Assembly (NCBI GenBank): GCA_016234805.1
Contig: JACRNU010000028.1
Location: 2,973 to 66,972, forward strand
Length of the DNA: 64,000 nt
DNA from: Elusimicrobiota bacterium
Lineage (GTDB): Bacteria; Elusimicrobiota; Elusimicrobia; UBA1565; UBA9628
Direction of reading: 5' to 3'
Of the stretch, positions 1-8,999 are shown piece after piece; within the stretch, counting starts at the first letter, position 1, and each line of letters opens with the position of its first letter. A model generated the notes under the pieces. The model was not told the origin of the DNA. It did no database searches and worked only from the letters and a program-made list of their open reading frames with translations. Made by a program: the position numbers and the translations under genes.

Positions 1-1433
1 GCCTTGTAGGGGCTGCAGAACTTCTCCTGATACTCGGCCACGAGCCGCTCCTGGGCCGCCTTGGGGTCCTTGGCCTTCTTGATCTCGTCGCGGAAGATGA
101 TGCTCACCGCTCCGGCCGCGCCCATGACCGCGATCTCGGTCGTGGGATAGCAGAAGTTCATGTCCCCGCGGATGTGCTTGCTCGACATGACGTCGTAGGC
201 GCCGCCGTAGCCCTTGCGGGTGATGATCGTGATCTTGGGCACCGTGGCCTCGCAGTAGGCGTAGAGGAGCTTGGCCCCGTGCCGGATGATGCCGCGCTCC
301 TCCATGTCGATGCCCGGGAAGAACCCGGGGACGTCCACGAAAGTGACCAGCGGGAGGTTGAAGCAGTCGCAGAACCGCACGAAGCGCGCGCCCTTGACCG
401 AGGCGTCCGGGTCGAGCGCGCCCGCGAGCCAGTCGGGCTGGTTGGCCACGATGCCCACGGGCATGCCGTGGAAGCGGGCGAAGCCGATGACGATGTTCCG
501 AGCATGGTCCTTCATGACCTCGAGGAAGGCCCCGTCGTCCACGCAGGGGAGGATGACCTTCCGGATGTCGTAGGGCCTCCTGGGGTCCTCGGGCACGACC
601 GTCTTCAAGCTCTCGTCCATCCGGCCCGGAGGGTCGGAGGCTGCCTTGACCGGCGGCTTCTCGCGGTTGTTCTGCGGGAAGAAGGAGAGGAGGTCGCGGA
701 TGGTCCTGATGGTGTCCTCGTCCGAGTTGCCCGCGAAGTGCGCCACGCCCGATCTCTCCATGTGCACCGAGGCCCCGCCGAGGAGCTGGGAGGTGATGGG
801 CCTGCCGTCGTCGGTCGTCTCCGCCTGGGTCACGGCGCGGATGACGTCAGGCCCGGTGATGTGCAGGCAGCTCGTGCCCTTGGTCATCAGCACGAAATCC
901 GTCATGGCCGGGGAGTAGACCGCCCCTCCCGCGCAGGGTCCCATGATGGCCGAGATCTGCGGGACCACGCCCGAAGCCAGGGCGTTCCGCAGGAAGATCT
1001 GGGCGTAGCCGGCCAGGCTCTCGACCCCCTCCTGGATGCGCGCCCCGCCCGAGTCGTTGATGCCGATCACGGGGATCCCGGTCTTCATGGCCAGGTCCAT
1101 GACCTTGCAGATCTTGTTGGCGAAGGCCATGCCCAGCGACCCGCCCACGACCGTGAAGTCCTGGGAGAAGACGAAGGCCGGCCTGCCCGCGATCCTGCCG
1201 TGCCCGGTCACCACCCCGTCGCCGTAGAATTTCTTCTTGTCCATCCCGAAGTCCGTGCAGCGGTGGGTGACGAACCGGTCGATCTCGACGAAGGTCCCGG
1301 CGTCGAAGAGCAGGTCGATGCGCTCGCGCGCGGTGAGCTTGCCGTCCCTGTGCTGCTTCTCGATCCGGTCCTTCCCGCCGCCCAACAAGGCCTGCTGGCG
1401 GCGGCGTTCGAGCTCTTCGCGGATGGATTTCAT
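1..1433 (-). CDS. Acyl-CoA carboxylase carboxyltransferase (beta) subunit, of the propionyl-CoA carboxylase beta / methylmalonyl-CoA decarboxylase alpha type. Partial: the C-terminus runs off the window.
   Basis: Absent from the ORF track because it stays open to position 1. My own translation from the ATG at 1433 (minus) is [143 protein letters not shown]... This is the canonical N-terminal half of carboxyl-transferase family proteins. Confidence 0.9.
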   Translation of the reverse strand, partial: MKSIREELERRRQQALLGGGKDRIEKQHRDGKLTARERIDLLFDAGTFVEIDRFVTHRCTDFGMDKKKFYGDGVVTGHGRIAGRPAFVFSQDFTVVGGSLGMAFANKICKVMDLAMKTGIPVIGINDSGGARIQEGVESLAGYAQIFLRNALASGVVPQISAIMGPCAGGAVYSPAMTDFVLMTKGTSCLHITGPDVIRAVTQAETTDDGRPITSQLLGGASVHMERSGVAHFAGNSDEDTIRTIRDLLSFFPQNNREKPPVKAASDPPGRMDESLKTVVPEDPRRPYDIRKVILPCVDDGAFLEVMKDHARNIVIGFARFHGMPVGIVANQPDWLAGALDPDASVKGARFVRFCDCFNLPLVTFVDVPGFFPGIDMEERGIIRHGAKLLYAYCEATVPKITIITRKGYGGAYDVMSSKHIRGDMNFCYPTTEIAVMGAAGAVSIIFRDEIKKAKDPKAAQERLVAEYQEKFCSPYK

Positions 1434-1489
1434 GTCTCGGCCCCCTTCGGAGCCCTATTCTACCTATTTTCCGCCCTCCGGCCCCGCTC

Positions 1490-2452
1490 TCAGCGGAGCA
1501 GCCTGCGCAAGCCCGCCCGGGCAGCGGCGTACGGGTCCAGCCGGCGGCAAGCCAGCCCTTCCAGGAGACTCTTCCAGGCCTTGTCCGAGGCGCGCTTCTT
1601 CTCGAGGCTGCTCCGTATCCCGGCTTCGACGAGCTCCTCGAAAGCGGCCCGGGCCATGGCCCGCGAGCGCTCCTCCCACAGACCGCGCTCCAGCAGGCTC
1701 CCGCGGTGGCCGGCCAGGGCGGCCGCGAGGTCCGCGACCCCCTTGCCCGAGCGCGCCTCGGTCCTGACGACGGGCCGGGGCAAGCCGTCCCGGCCGGGGC
1801 GGCCGTCAAGCGCCAGGCGCAGGGAGCGCTCGAGGGACTCGACGCCCTCCTTGTCGGCTTTGTTCATCACGTAGATGTCGCCGATCTCCATGACCCCGGC
1901 CTTGATGGCCTGGATGTCGTCTCCCATGCCAGGGGAAAGGACGACCAGCACGGTGTGCGCCGCGGACGCGACCTTGACCCCATCCTGTCCCACGCCCGCG
2001 GTCTCGATGAGGACGAGGTCCTTGCCCATGGCGTCGAGCACGGTGACCGTGTCGAAGACCGACCCTGACAGGCCTCCCAGAGAACCGCGGGTCGCCAGGG
2101 ACCGGATGAAGACGCCCGGATCGACGGCATGCCTCCCCATCCGGATACGGTCGCCGAGCACCGCGCCTCCGGAGAACGGGCTCGTGGGGTCCACGGCCAC
2201 GACCCCCACGGAGCGGCCCTCCTCGCGGGCCTCGCCGACCAAGCGGTCCACGAGGGTGGACTTGCCCGAGCCCGGAGGCCCGGTGACGCCGACCACATGG
2301 GCGCGCCCCGCCCCAGCGAAAAGCTCCTTGAGGACCGCACGGCAGGAGGGCTGCCCGTCATCGAGGCCGCGCATGAGCGCCGCGGCCGCGCGGATGTCGC
2401 CCGCCAGCACCTTGCGCGCCGCGGTCTTGGGATCGGTCATGGCTGGAGCCAT
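1490..2452 (-). CDS. meaB: MeaB/ArgK-type G-protein chaperone for B12-dependent acyl-CoA mutases
   Basis: Track ORF 1490..2479. It has a P-loop (GVTGPPGSGKSTL), DPTSPFSGGAVLGDRIRM, LIETAGVGQ and an NKAD box. The start is set to the ATG at 2452 (MAPAMTDPK); the ATG at 2440 is also possible. Confidence 0.88.
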   Translation of the reverse strand: MAPAMTDPKTAARKVLAGDIRAAAALMRGLDDGQPSCRAVLKELFAGAGRAHVVGVTGPPGSGKSTLVDRLVGEAREEGRSVGVVAVDPTSPFSGGAVLGDRIRMGRHAVDPGVFIRSLATRGSLGGLSGSVFDTVTVLDAMGKDLVLIETAGVGQDGVKVASAAHTVLVVLSPGMGDDIQAIKAGVMEIGDIYVMNKADKEGVESLERSLRLALDGRPGRDGLPRPVVRTEARSGKGVADLAAALAGHRGSLLERGLWEERSRAMARAAFEELVEAGIRSSLEKKRASDKAWKSLLEGLACRRLDPYAAARAGLRRLLR

Positions 2453-2491
2453 CTTATTGATTAATGGCGACGCAATCAACAGCTCAAAGCA

Positions 2492-2525
2492 GGACGGCCG
2501 TCCGGTCGGAGCCGGACGGCCGTCC
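2492..2525. terminator. Perfect 14 bp inverted repeat: GGACGGCCGTCCGG, loop TCGGAG, CCGGACGGCCGTCC. Each arm contains the 12 bp palindrome GGACGGCCGTCC.
   Basis: Read directly from the sequence. It lies 23 nt downstream of the TAA at 2548..2550 that ends the frameshift-corrected reading of the upstream gene, and upstream of meaB. There is no U-tract, so its terminator function is inferred. Confidence 0.5.
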
Positions 2526-2666
2526 GATTGGACCCGACCGAGAGGACTTAGCGGTCCCCCCTGCCGTGGTGGCGGTGGTCATGCCTCCGGCGGGCCGACT
2601 CATGCCGGTTGGCGCTGCTGTTGAGCGTCATGAGGTAGGCCGCGAGGCGGCTCTCCCCTGAGACGC

Positions 2667-3278
2667 TCACCAGGTAGCTGTCGTAGAACCAGTGGTTGCT
2701 CCGGTAGGAGACCGAGAGCCCGGCCCCCTTGACGGAGTACGCGCTCTGGAGGTGCCCGAGCTGGCGAGCTCGGCGCCGTCGGCGCCCTTGACGACGAAGG
2801 AGCGGTCGCCGTCGCCGTCCTCGGCCATCTCGATGGAGCCGAGCGCCTTGCCGTCGCAGCCCGAGATCACCGCGGTCTCGCCTTGGCGGGTGCTCTTGAC
2901 CACGGCCGAGGCCATGCGGCCGCCTGCCGCGGAGCGGAGCACGAGTTCGTCCCCTTCATGGGACAGCACCGCTCGGAGCTTGCCGTCCGGCGCCGTGATC
3001 TCCGTGTCGCTGGAGAACATCTTGACGCGCATCTGGCTGCCGTCGAGGGCGAAAGCCTCGCAGGCGGCCGTCTCGCTCCGGACAGCCTCCTGGGGCTTGG
3101 CGCTCTCGGCCGGGACATCGCGGCGCACCCTGTCGCGGAAGCCTTCAAGGTCCCTAAGGGACGCGCGAACGTTCTCGTAGCTGGGCAGCTCGCGAGCGCG
3201 CTCCTCGGACCAAACCTTTGCCTGGGATGCGGCCGAGACGGCCGCGACGAACATGAATACGACGTGCATTTTTTTCAT
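2667..3278 (-). CDS. Exported hypothetical protein. It is probably frameshifted near 2758..2765 (see finding).
   Basis: Track ORF 2667..3323. The internal start MKKMHVVFMFVAAVSAASQA|KVW is a good Sec signal peptide. The last ~35 aa (ELASSGTSRARTPSRGPGSRSPTGATTGSTTATW) look like out-of-frame low-complexity sequence. Confidence 0.6.
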   Translation of the reverse strand: MKKMHVVFMFVAAVSAASQAKVWSEERARELPSYENVRASLRDLEGFRDRVRRDVPAESAKPQEAVRSETAACEAFALDGSQMRVKMFSSDTEITAPDGKLRAVLSHEGDELVLRSAAGGRMASAVVKSTRQGETAVISGCDGKALGSIEMAEDGDGDRSFVVKGADGAELASSGTSRARTPSRGPGSRSPTGATTGSTTATW

Positions 3279-3462
3279 GGCCTCTCCTATTGTCCGAAGA
3301 TTGACGACTTGCGCATCCATCATACCACCGGACCTGCATCGGGCGTCAATGCCATTCGGCCCAGAGGGGTCCCGGCATAGGGCCCAGCGCTTCCGGTGTC
3401 CTTGTGCCCACTCCTATGAAGGAGGCGAGCCAGGAGGTTCAGGCCGGGAGAGGTTGCGGAGC

Positions 3463-3522
3463 GCGGCCGGAGCGCTCAGAGGCTGAAGCGGCACTGCCCG
3501 CCCGCCTCGCGGAGGGCGGAGG
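3463..3522 (-). repeat. Degenerate 60 bp copy of the icmF 3' end (last ~15 codons, the stop, and 13 nt of 3' flank). It is a direct repeat of 4135..4194.
   Basis: My hand alignment gives 54 of 60 identical positions. In the icmF frame this copy reads PSALREAGGQCRFSL*, versus [15 protein letters not shown] for the real C-terminus. Confidence 0.85.
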
Positions 3523-3556
3523 GGTTTCGTGACCACCGCCCCCAGGATGACCGCCG

Positions 3557-3603
3557 CCGGCCGGGCTGAGCCCGGCGTAGCCGGGCTCAGTCGGCGGGAA
3601 GGG
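3557..3603 (+). repeat. GC-rich REP-like palindromic element, copy A
   Basis: The sequence is ccggccgggctgagcccggcgtagccgggctcagtcggcgggaaggg. It shares the core GCCGGGC-N3-GCCCGGC-N3-GCCGGGC ... TCAG(T)CGG..GAAGGG with 8948..8999 and 51412..51467. Confidence 0.8.
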
Positions 3604-3609
3604 CACAGC

Positions 3610-4026
3610 CTACGGCATCAGGTCGTCGGTGCAGGCCTGCACGCTGCAGGAGAGCGTGCCTGGCGGCGCAACGAAGGTCACCACATAGGCGCCGTAGACG
3701 GCGGGGGTCGGCGTGGCTCGGGTCAGCGTGATGGACCACGACGGGGTGGTCGTGTTGGTCACGTTGCTCGCGGTGAAGTACTTCATGCTGCCCAGGTTCA
3801 CGTCGAAGGTCGTGCCCACGATGGCGCCGGAGGTGTAGTTGCCGTTCTTGGCGAGGTAGCGCTCCTCGGCGCCCTTCAAGCCCGAGATCCACTGCATGGA
3901 TTCCGCGAACTTGCCCTTTTCCACGACCTTGAAGTACTGGGGCACCGCGACTGCCGCCAGAATACCGATGATGAGCACGACGACCAGCAGCTCGATCAGG
4001 GTGAAGCCTCTCAAATCCCTCCGCAT
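3610..4026 (-). CDS. Type IV pilin-like / type II secretion pseudopilin-like protein with a prepilin N-terminal cleavage-methylation motif
   Basis: MRRDLRG|FTLIELLVVVLIIGILAAVAVPQY is the classic G/FTLIEL class III signal with a hydrophobic helix. A GGAGG sits about 7 nt upstream of the ATG. Confidence 0.9.
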   Translation of the reverse strand: MRRDLRGFTLIELLVVVLIIGILAAVAVPQYFKVVEKGKFAESMQWISGLKGAEERYLAKNGNYTSGAIVGTTFDVNLGSMKYFTASNVTNTTTPSWSITLTRATPTPAVYGAYVVTFVAPPGTLSCSVQACTDDLMP

Positions 4027-4071
4027 ATCGTTGCCTCCAAGGGCCGGTCTTCCGCACCAGCGCCTATCTCA

Positions 4072-4077
4072 ATTATA
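4072..4077 (-). promoter_or_regulatory. Candidate -10 box (TATAAT on the minus strand) for the pilin-like gene
   Basis: A perfect TATAAT lies about 46 nt upstream of the ATG at 4026, inside a locally AT-rich ~100 bp stretch (4030..4130). I found no convincing -35 box. Confidence 0.35.
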
Positions 4078-4147
4078 GAAGTTGGGTCTGGATAAGGTGT
4101 GGACTATCTATGTTCGACTTGTGAATTCCTTGATGCGGCCGGAGCGC

Positions 4148-7100
4148 TCAAAGGCTGCGGCGGTACTGCCCGCCCGCCTCGTAGAGGGCGGAGGTGATCT
4201 GGCCGAGCGAGCAGGTCTTGGCCGCCTCCATCAGCGGCTCGAAGACATTGGCGTTGCCCAGGGCCGCCTTCTTGAGGCTCGCGAGCGCGGCTGAGGCCCC
4301 CTCGGCGCGGGCCTGGTGCAGGTCCCGCAGCATCGAGATCTGGTAGGACATCTCAGCCTCGGAAGCGCGGGTGACGCTCTTGGGCAGGACCGTGGGAGAG
4401 CCGCAGGCGGAGAGGAAGGCGTTGACCCCCATGATGGGGAGTTTCCCGCTGTGCTTGAGGGACTCGTAGTGGAGCGACTCGTCCTGGATCTTCCCCCGCT
4501 GGTAGGCGGTCTCCATGGCGCCGAGCACGCCTCCGCGGGAGCTCAGGGCGTCGAATTCCGCGAGCACGGCCTCCTCCACGAGGTCGGTCAGCTCGGAGAG
4601 GATGAATGAGCCCTGCATGGGGTTCTGGTTCTTGGAGACGCCGAACTCGCGATTGATGATGAGCTGGATGGCCAGGGCCCGGCGCACGGACTCCTCGGTC
4701 GGGGTGGTGATGGCCTCGTCGTAGGCGTTGGTGTGCAGGGAGTTGCAGTTGTCGAAGGACGCGGTCAGGGCCTGCAGGGTGGTGCGCACGTCGTTGAACT
4801 CGATCTCCTGGCTGTGCAGGGACCGGCCCGAGGTCTGGCAGTGGTACTTGAGCCGCTGGGACTGCGGGTTGGCCCCGTAGCGCAGCTTCATGGCCTTGGC
4901 CCAGATGAGCCGGCCCACGCGGCCGATGACCGAGGCCTCGGGGTCCATGCTGCTCGAGAAGAAGAACGAGAGGTTGGGCGCGAACGCGTCGATGTCCATG
5001 CCCCGGGAGAGGTAGTGCTCCACGTAGGTGAAGCCGTTGGCCAGGGTCAGGGCCAGCTGGGTGATGGGGTTGGCCCCGGCCTCTGCGATGTGGTAGCCGG
5101 AGATGGAGACCGAGTAGAAGTTCCGGACCTTGTTCCGGATGAAGTACTCCTGCACGTCGCCCATGAGCTTGAGAGCGAAGTCGATGGCGTAGATGCAGGT
5201 GTTCTGTGCCTGGTCCTCCTTGAGGATGTCCGCCTGCACCGTGCCGCGGACACGGCCTATCGCGTCCGCCTTGATGCGCTCGTACTGCTCACGGGCGAGG
5301 ACCTCCTCGCCCGTGGCGCCCAGAAGGAGCAGCCCCAATCCGTCGTGTCCTTCGGGGAGCTTCCCCTGATAGGCAGGGGGCTTGACTCCATTCTTCCGGT
5401 AAATGGCAGCGATCCTGTGCCTCACGTCCCTCTCAAGGCCTTCGGCCTTGAGGAACTTCTCGCACTGCTGGTCGATGGCCGCGTTCATGAAGAACGCGGT
5501 CATGACCGGAGCCGGGCCATTGATGGTCATGGAGACCGAGGTCTTGGGATCCGCCAGGTTGAAGCCGGAATAGAGCTTCTTGGCGTCGTCGAGACAGCAG
5601 ATGGAGACCCCGGAGTTGCCGATCTTGCCGTAGATGTCCGGCCTCGGATCCGGGTCCGCGCCGTAGAGGGTGACCGCGTCGAACGCGGTGGACAGACGAG
5701 CCGCGGGCATTCCCCTGGAAAGATAGTGGAACCTGCGGTTGGTGCGCTCGGGGCCGCCCTCTCCCGCGAACATGCGCGTGGGGTCCTCGCCCTCGCGCCG
5801 GAACGGAAAGACCCCGGCCGCGTAGGGGAACTCGCCGGGCAGGTTCTCCTTGAGCATCCAGTAGAGCAGGTCCCCCCAGTCCTTGTGAGGGGGCAGGGCC
5901 ACCTTGGGGATGCGCAGGCCTGAGAGCGATTCCGTGCCGGTCTTGACCCTTACCTCAGCGCCCCTGACCTCGTAGACGAACTCGTCAGCGCGATAAGCCG
6001 CCGCCTTCCTCCCCCAACCCTCGAGCCTCTCGAGGTTGGCCGGGCCGAGCTTGGAGGCGAGTTCCTTTTCCGCGGCCTTGAGCTCGGAGAGCGAGGACGC
6101 CTTGCCCTTGCCTCGAGCGGCAAGGACCCGGCCGGCCTCCCGCAATGCTTGAACGCCGCGCGCGACCCCGGATTGCTCTTCCGCGGCCTTGTTGTAGCCC
6201 CGCACGGTCTGGCTGATCTCAGCGAGGTAGTTGATCCTCTTGGTCGGGATGATGACCGCGTGCTCCTGGGCCCCGGCGCTCGTGGCAACCGAGGGCTTCA
6301 AGTCCCACCCTGCCTTGGACGCGAGCCGGCCGAGCAGTGCCCGGTAGAGGCGGTCCACGCCCGGATCGCCGTACTGTGAAGCCCTGGCCCCGAACACGGG
6401 CGCATCCGCAGCGACGAGCCCCTCCTTGCGGCGGCTGAACGCGAAGACCTTGCGCACCGCGGCCAGGGCGTCGTCGGCGCCGCGCTTGTCGAACTTGTTG
6501 ATGGCCACGAGGTCCGCGTAATCGAGCATCCCGATCTTCTCGAGCTGGGTGGGCGCCCCGAACTCGGGCGTCATCACGTAGAGCGAGAGGTCGCTGTGGT
6601 CCGTGATGGAGGTGTCGGACTGTCCGATCCCGGGTGTCTCGAGCACGACGAGGTCGAAGTCCGCGGCCTTGAGGATGCCGAGGACCGCGTCGATGCACGA
6701 AGGCAGCCCCCCTCCCGGGCCGCGCGCTGCCAGGGAACGCATGTAGACCCTGGGCGAGTCGATGGCGTTCATGCGGATGCGGTCCCCCAGGAGCGCGCCT
6801 CCGGTCTTGCGCTTGGACGGGTCCGCCGCCACGACCGCCACGGTGCGGTCCGGGAAATCGTGGAGGAAGCGGCGGAGCAGCTCGTCGATGAGCGAGGACT
6901 TGCCCGAGCCTCCGGTGCCGGTGACTCCCAATACCGGCGCAAGCTTCGCTTGCGCCGGAAGCATCATGTCCGTCCGCCGCACCTTCTCAGGTCCGTTCTC
7001 CACCTCGGTTATCAGCCTGGCAATGGCCCCGAAGTCCCTTTCGAGAACCTTGGCTGGGTCGTCCCTGCGGGTCCCGCGCTTGACCGAAGCGCAGGTCCGC

Positions 7101-7540
7101 AGGACATCCCCGATCATGCCGTCCAAGCCCATGGCCCGGCCGTCATCCGGGGAGTAGATGCGGGCGACGCCGGCGGCGTGCAGTTCCTCGATCTCCGCGG
7201 GCAGGATCACCCCGCCGCCGCCGCCGAAGACCCGGATGTGGCCGCACCCGCGCTCCTTCAAAAGCTCGAGCATGTACTTGAAGTACTCCATGTGCCCGCC
7301 TTGGTAGGAGGTGACCGCTATCCCGTGAGCGTCTTCCTGCACGGCGCAGTCCACGACCTCGCGGGCCGAACGGTTGTGCCCCAAGTGGATGACCTCGGCC
7401 CCGGCGGAGAGCATGACGCGCCGCATCACGTTGATGGAGGCGTCGTGGCCGTCGAAGAGGCTGCCCGCGGTCACCACGCGCACGGAATCGGCGGTCCGGA
7501 GGGACGCGGCTGCGGGTCCGCCTTTCGGGGTCTTGGCCAT
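4148..7540 (-). CDS. icmF: Fused isobutyryl-CoA mutase (IcmF): N-terminal B12-binding domain, central MeaB-like GTPase, C-terminal mutase substrate-binding barrel
   Basis: 1130 aa. The N-terminus has a cobalamin-binding pattern ([14 protein letters not shown]...GHNRS). The centre has a P-loop ([13 protein letters not shown]), GDRIRMN and NKFD. The C-terminal ~550 aa are typical of the methylmalonyl/isobutyryl-CoA mutase large subunit. Domain order and length match IcmF. Confidence 0.9.
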   Translation of the reverse strand: MAKTPKGGPAAASLRTADSVRVVTAGSLFDGHDASINVMRRVMLSAGAEVIHLGHNRSAREVVDCAVQEDAHGIAVTSYQGGHMEYFKYMLELLKERGCGHIRVFGGGGGVILPAEIEELHAAGVARIYSPDDGRAMGLDGMIGDVLRTCASVKRGTRRDDPAKVLERDFGAIARLITEVENGPEKVRRTDMMLPAQAKLAPVLGVTGTGGSGKSSLIDELLRRFLHDFPDRTVAVVAADPSKRKTGGALLGDRIRMNAIDSPRVYMRSLAARGPGGGLPSCIDAVLGILKAADFDLVVLETPGIGQSDTSITDHSDLSLYVMTPEFGAPTQLEKIGMLDYADLVAINKFDKRGADDALAAVRKVFAFSRRKEGLVAADAPVFGARASQYGDPGVDRLYRALLGRLASKAGWDLKPSVATSAGAQEHAVIIPTKRINYLAEISQTVRGYNKAAEEQSGVARGVQALREAGRVLAARGKGKASSLSELKAAEKELASKLGPANLERLEGWGRKAAAYRADEFVYEVRGAEVRVKTGTESLSGLRIPKVALPPHKDWGDLLYWMLKENLPGEFPYAAGVFPFRREGEDPTRMFAGEGGPERTNRRFHYLSRGMPAARLSTAFDAVTLYGADPDPRPDIYGKIGNSGVSICCLDDAKKLYSGFNLADPKTSVSMTINGPAPVMTAFFMNAAIDQQCEKFLKAEGLERDVRHRIAAIYRKNGVKPPAYQGKLPEGHDGLGLLLLGATGEEVLAREQYERIKADAIGRVRGTVQADILKEDQAQNTCIYAIDFALKLMGDVQEYFIRNKVRNFYSVSISGYHIAEAGANPITQLALTLANGFTYVEHYLSRGMDIDAFAPNLSFFFSSSMDPEASVIGRVGRLIWAKAMKLRYGANPQSQRLKYHCQTSGRSLHSQEIEFNDVRTTLQALTASFDNCNSLHTNAYDEAITTPTEESVRRALAIQLIINREFGVSKNQNPMQGSFILSELTDLVEEAVLAEFDALSSRGGVLGAMETAYQRGKIQDESLHYESLKHSGKLPIMGVNAFLSACGSPTVLPKSVTRASEAEMSYQISMLRDLHQARAEGASAALASLKKAALGNANVFEPLMEAAKTCSLGQITSALYEAGGQYRRSL

Positions 7541-7589
7541 AGGTTCAGAAAGGCTTATTGTAGCATGCTTGGAATCGCGGCGTTATTCC

Positions 7590-8873
7590 TCATAAAGGAA
7601 GGCGCACGTCCTTCCTCTTCACCAAATCCATCACGGACAAGGGCTTGCCCCCGCAGTCGAAATAGAGAGGCACGCGCCAAAGGCCTTCCTTGACCGGACC
7701 GCGTCCTACCCTCTCGGACTCACCTAACACGACGTCCGCGGGATCTCGCAAGTGCGCGCATACCAGGGCGCATTCCAGCATCCTGAGATGATCCCCGGAG
7801 AGCTTGCCGCTGAGCAGACGCCTCACCCCTCTCCTATGCCGCTCCTTCTCGAAACGAGAGGTCAATGCAGCCAGAGAGATCCTTCTCAGGCGCTTCCATT
7901 CCCGAAGCAGGTCAGGGTTCAAGAGCAGAATATCCCCGACAAGCCGCATGGCCCGGCCGTGGCGCGCCACGACCTCGAGCGAGTGCGCCGTGGCAGCCTC
8001 CTCTACGGCCTTGAGCGCCGCCTTCCAGCGCTCCCCTTGCACCGCGGACTTCAAGGAAGCGTCAAGCTCGAGCTCCGGGTCGTCCACCCAAGCGACCCAT
8101 GGAATCGGGAACGAGATATTGGTGGAACCCTCGACCTCGACTCCAGCCACGCAAAAGCGGACCCTGATCCCGGATTCCACGCCAGGCCGCAGGAGGATGC
8201 GGAGTCCTCCCTTGCGGATTTCCTTAAGAGGGATGCCCCGCTTGTCCGGCTGAACAGGCTCGAACCGCAGAGCGACCTCGCTGTTGCCGGAACGCGGCGC
8301 GTTGACCGGGATGGGGCAGGGCTCGAGCGAGCGCCGGATGCAGGCCGGTTGCCAGCAGTAGGGATGCCGCGGGTCGTACAAGACGCCGATGACCAAGGGC
8401 CAGGATACCTTGACGATCGTGTCCGGCGATCGGCCGGAAACCCGAGCCGTCGGCCGGGCTTCCCGAAGCCCATTGTCGTCGAGAAACAGGGCCCTGCGGC
8501 GGTCCGGGGGACCGGACTCGACCGCGATGGTCACTTTGGGCCGGCCGGTGTGGAGCAGGGCCAGGGCGAGCCAACGGGAAGCGGGATCAGCGGAGGAGCC
8601 GCTCAACAGGCATGAGAACGGGTCCCTCAGTTCCGCGATCGTCAAAGGCTTGCCGCCGAAGCGGATGGTCAGGGAAAGGGGACCCCAATTGAAGTCCGCG
8701 CGGGGAGCGCCGCGCAGGACAGCGGCGCGTATCCAGAAAGCCATCCTGCTCCCTTCGGTCTCAAATTGCCGGGAGCGCAGGATCTCCAAGGCGCGGTTGG
8801 GGTCGATGCGGAAGGAGCCGGAACCGACGAGGACCTCGTCGGGCTCAGGACGGGCCATGCCCAATGATATCAA
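7590..8873 (-). CDS. Hypothetical cytoplasmic protein, 427 aa, function unknown
   Basis: A long ORF with coding-like composition and no signal peptide or TM segment. The N-terminal FRIDPNRALEILRSRQF...AAVLRGA...IRFGGKPLTIAEL loosely reminds me of degenerate GHKL/Hsp90-like modules, but I cannot verify that. Confidence 0.6.
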   Translation of the reverse strand: MISLGMARPEPDEVLVGSGSFRIDPNRALEILRSRQFETEGSRMAFWIRAAVLRGAPRADFNWGPLSLTIRFGGKPLTIAELRDPFSCLLSGSSADPASRWLALALLHTGRPKVTIAVESGPPDRRRALFLDDNGLREARPTARVSGRSPDTIVKVSWPLVIGVLYDPRHPYCWQPACIRRSLEPCPIPVNAPRSGNSEVALRFEPVQPDKRGIPLKEIRKGGLRILLRPGVESGIRVRFCVAGVEVEGSTNISFPIPWVAWVDDPELELDASLKSAVQGERWKAALKAVEEAATAHSLEVVARHGRAMRLVGDILLLNPDLLREWKRLRRISLAALTSRFEKERHRRGVRRLLSGKLSGDHLRMLECALVCAHLRDPADVVLGESERVGRGPVKEGLWRVPLYFDCGGKPLSVMDLVKRKDVRLPL

Positions 8874-8883
8874 TAGTCACAGA

Positions 8884-8916
8884 TCCGTGGAAGCTCCGTG
8901 GATATGGGTCCGTGGA
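8884..8916 (+). promoter_or_regulatory. Three direct copies of TCCGTGGA (8884, 8895, 8909) in a divergent intergenic region
   Basis: The sequence is aTCCGTGGAagcTCCGTGGAtatgggTCCGTGGAtctggg. It lies 11-43 nt upstream of the minus-strand start at 8873 and about 185 nt upstream of ctpA. Confidence 0.4.
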
Positions 8917-8947
8917 TCTGGGAGGGGAAGCCCGGTCCTTCGAGGCC

Positions 8948-8999
8948 GGTCAGCCGGCCGGGCGAAGCCCGGCTTCGCCGGGCTGGTCAGCGGGAAGGG
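8948..8999 (+). repeat. GC-rich REP-like palindromic element, copy B
   Basis: The sequence is ggtcagccggccgggcgaagcccggcttcgccgggctggtcagcgggaaggg, the same core as copies A and C. Confidence 0.8.

Noticed and set aside
174-1874. 566 aa plus-strand ORF, together with many other long ORFs antisense to or out of frame with recognised genes. Examples are 847..1809, 4733..5923, 6596..7693, 17132..18394, 19705..21081, 29631..31487, 34324..36093, 49245..51326 and 56448..57860.
   Set aside because: These are shadow ORFs typical of high-GC DNA. Their translations are Arg/Gly/Pro/Ala-rich with no motifs, and each overlaps a gene with unambiguous family signatures on the other strand or in another frame.
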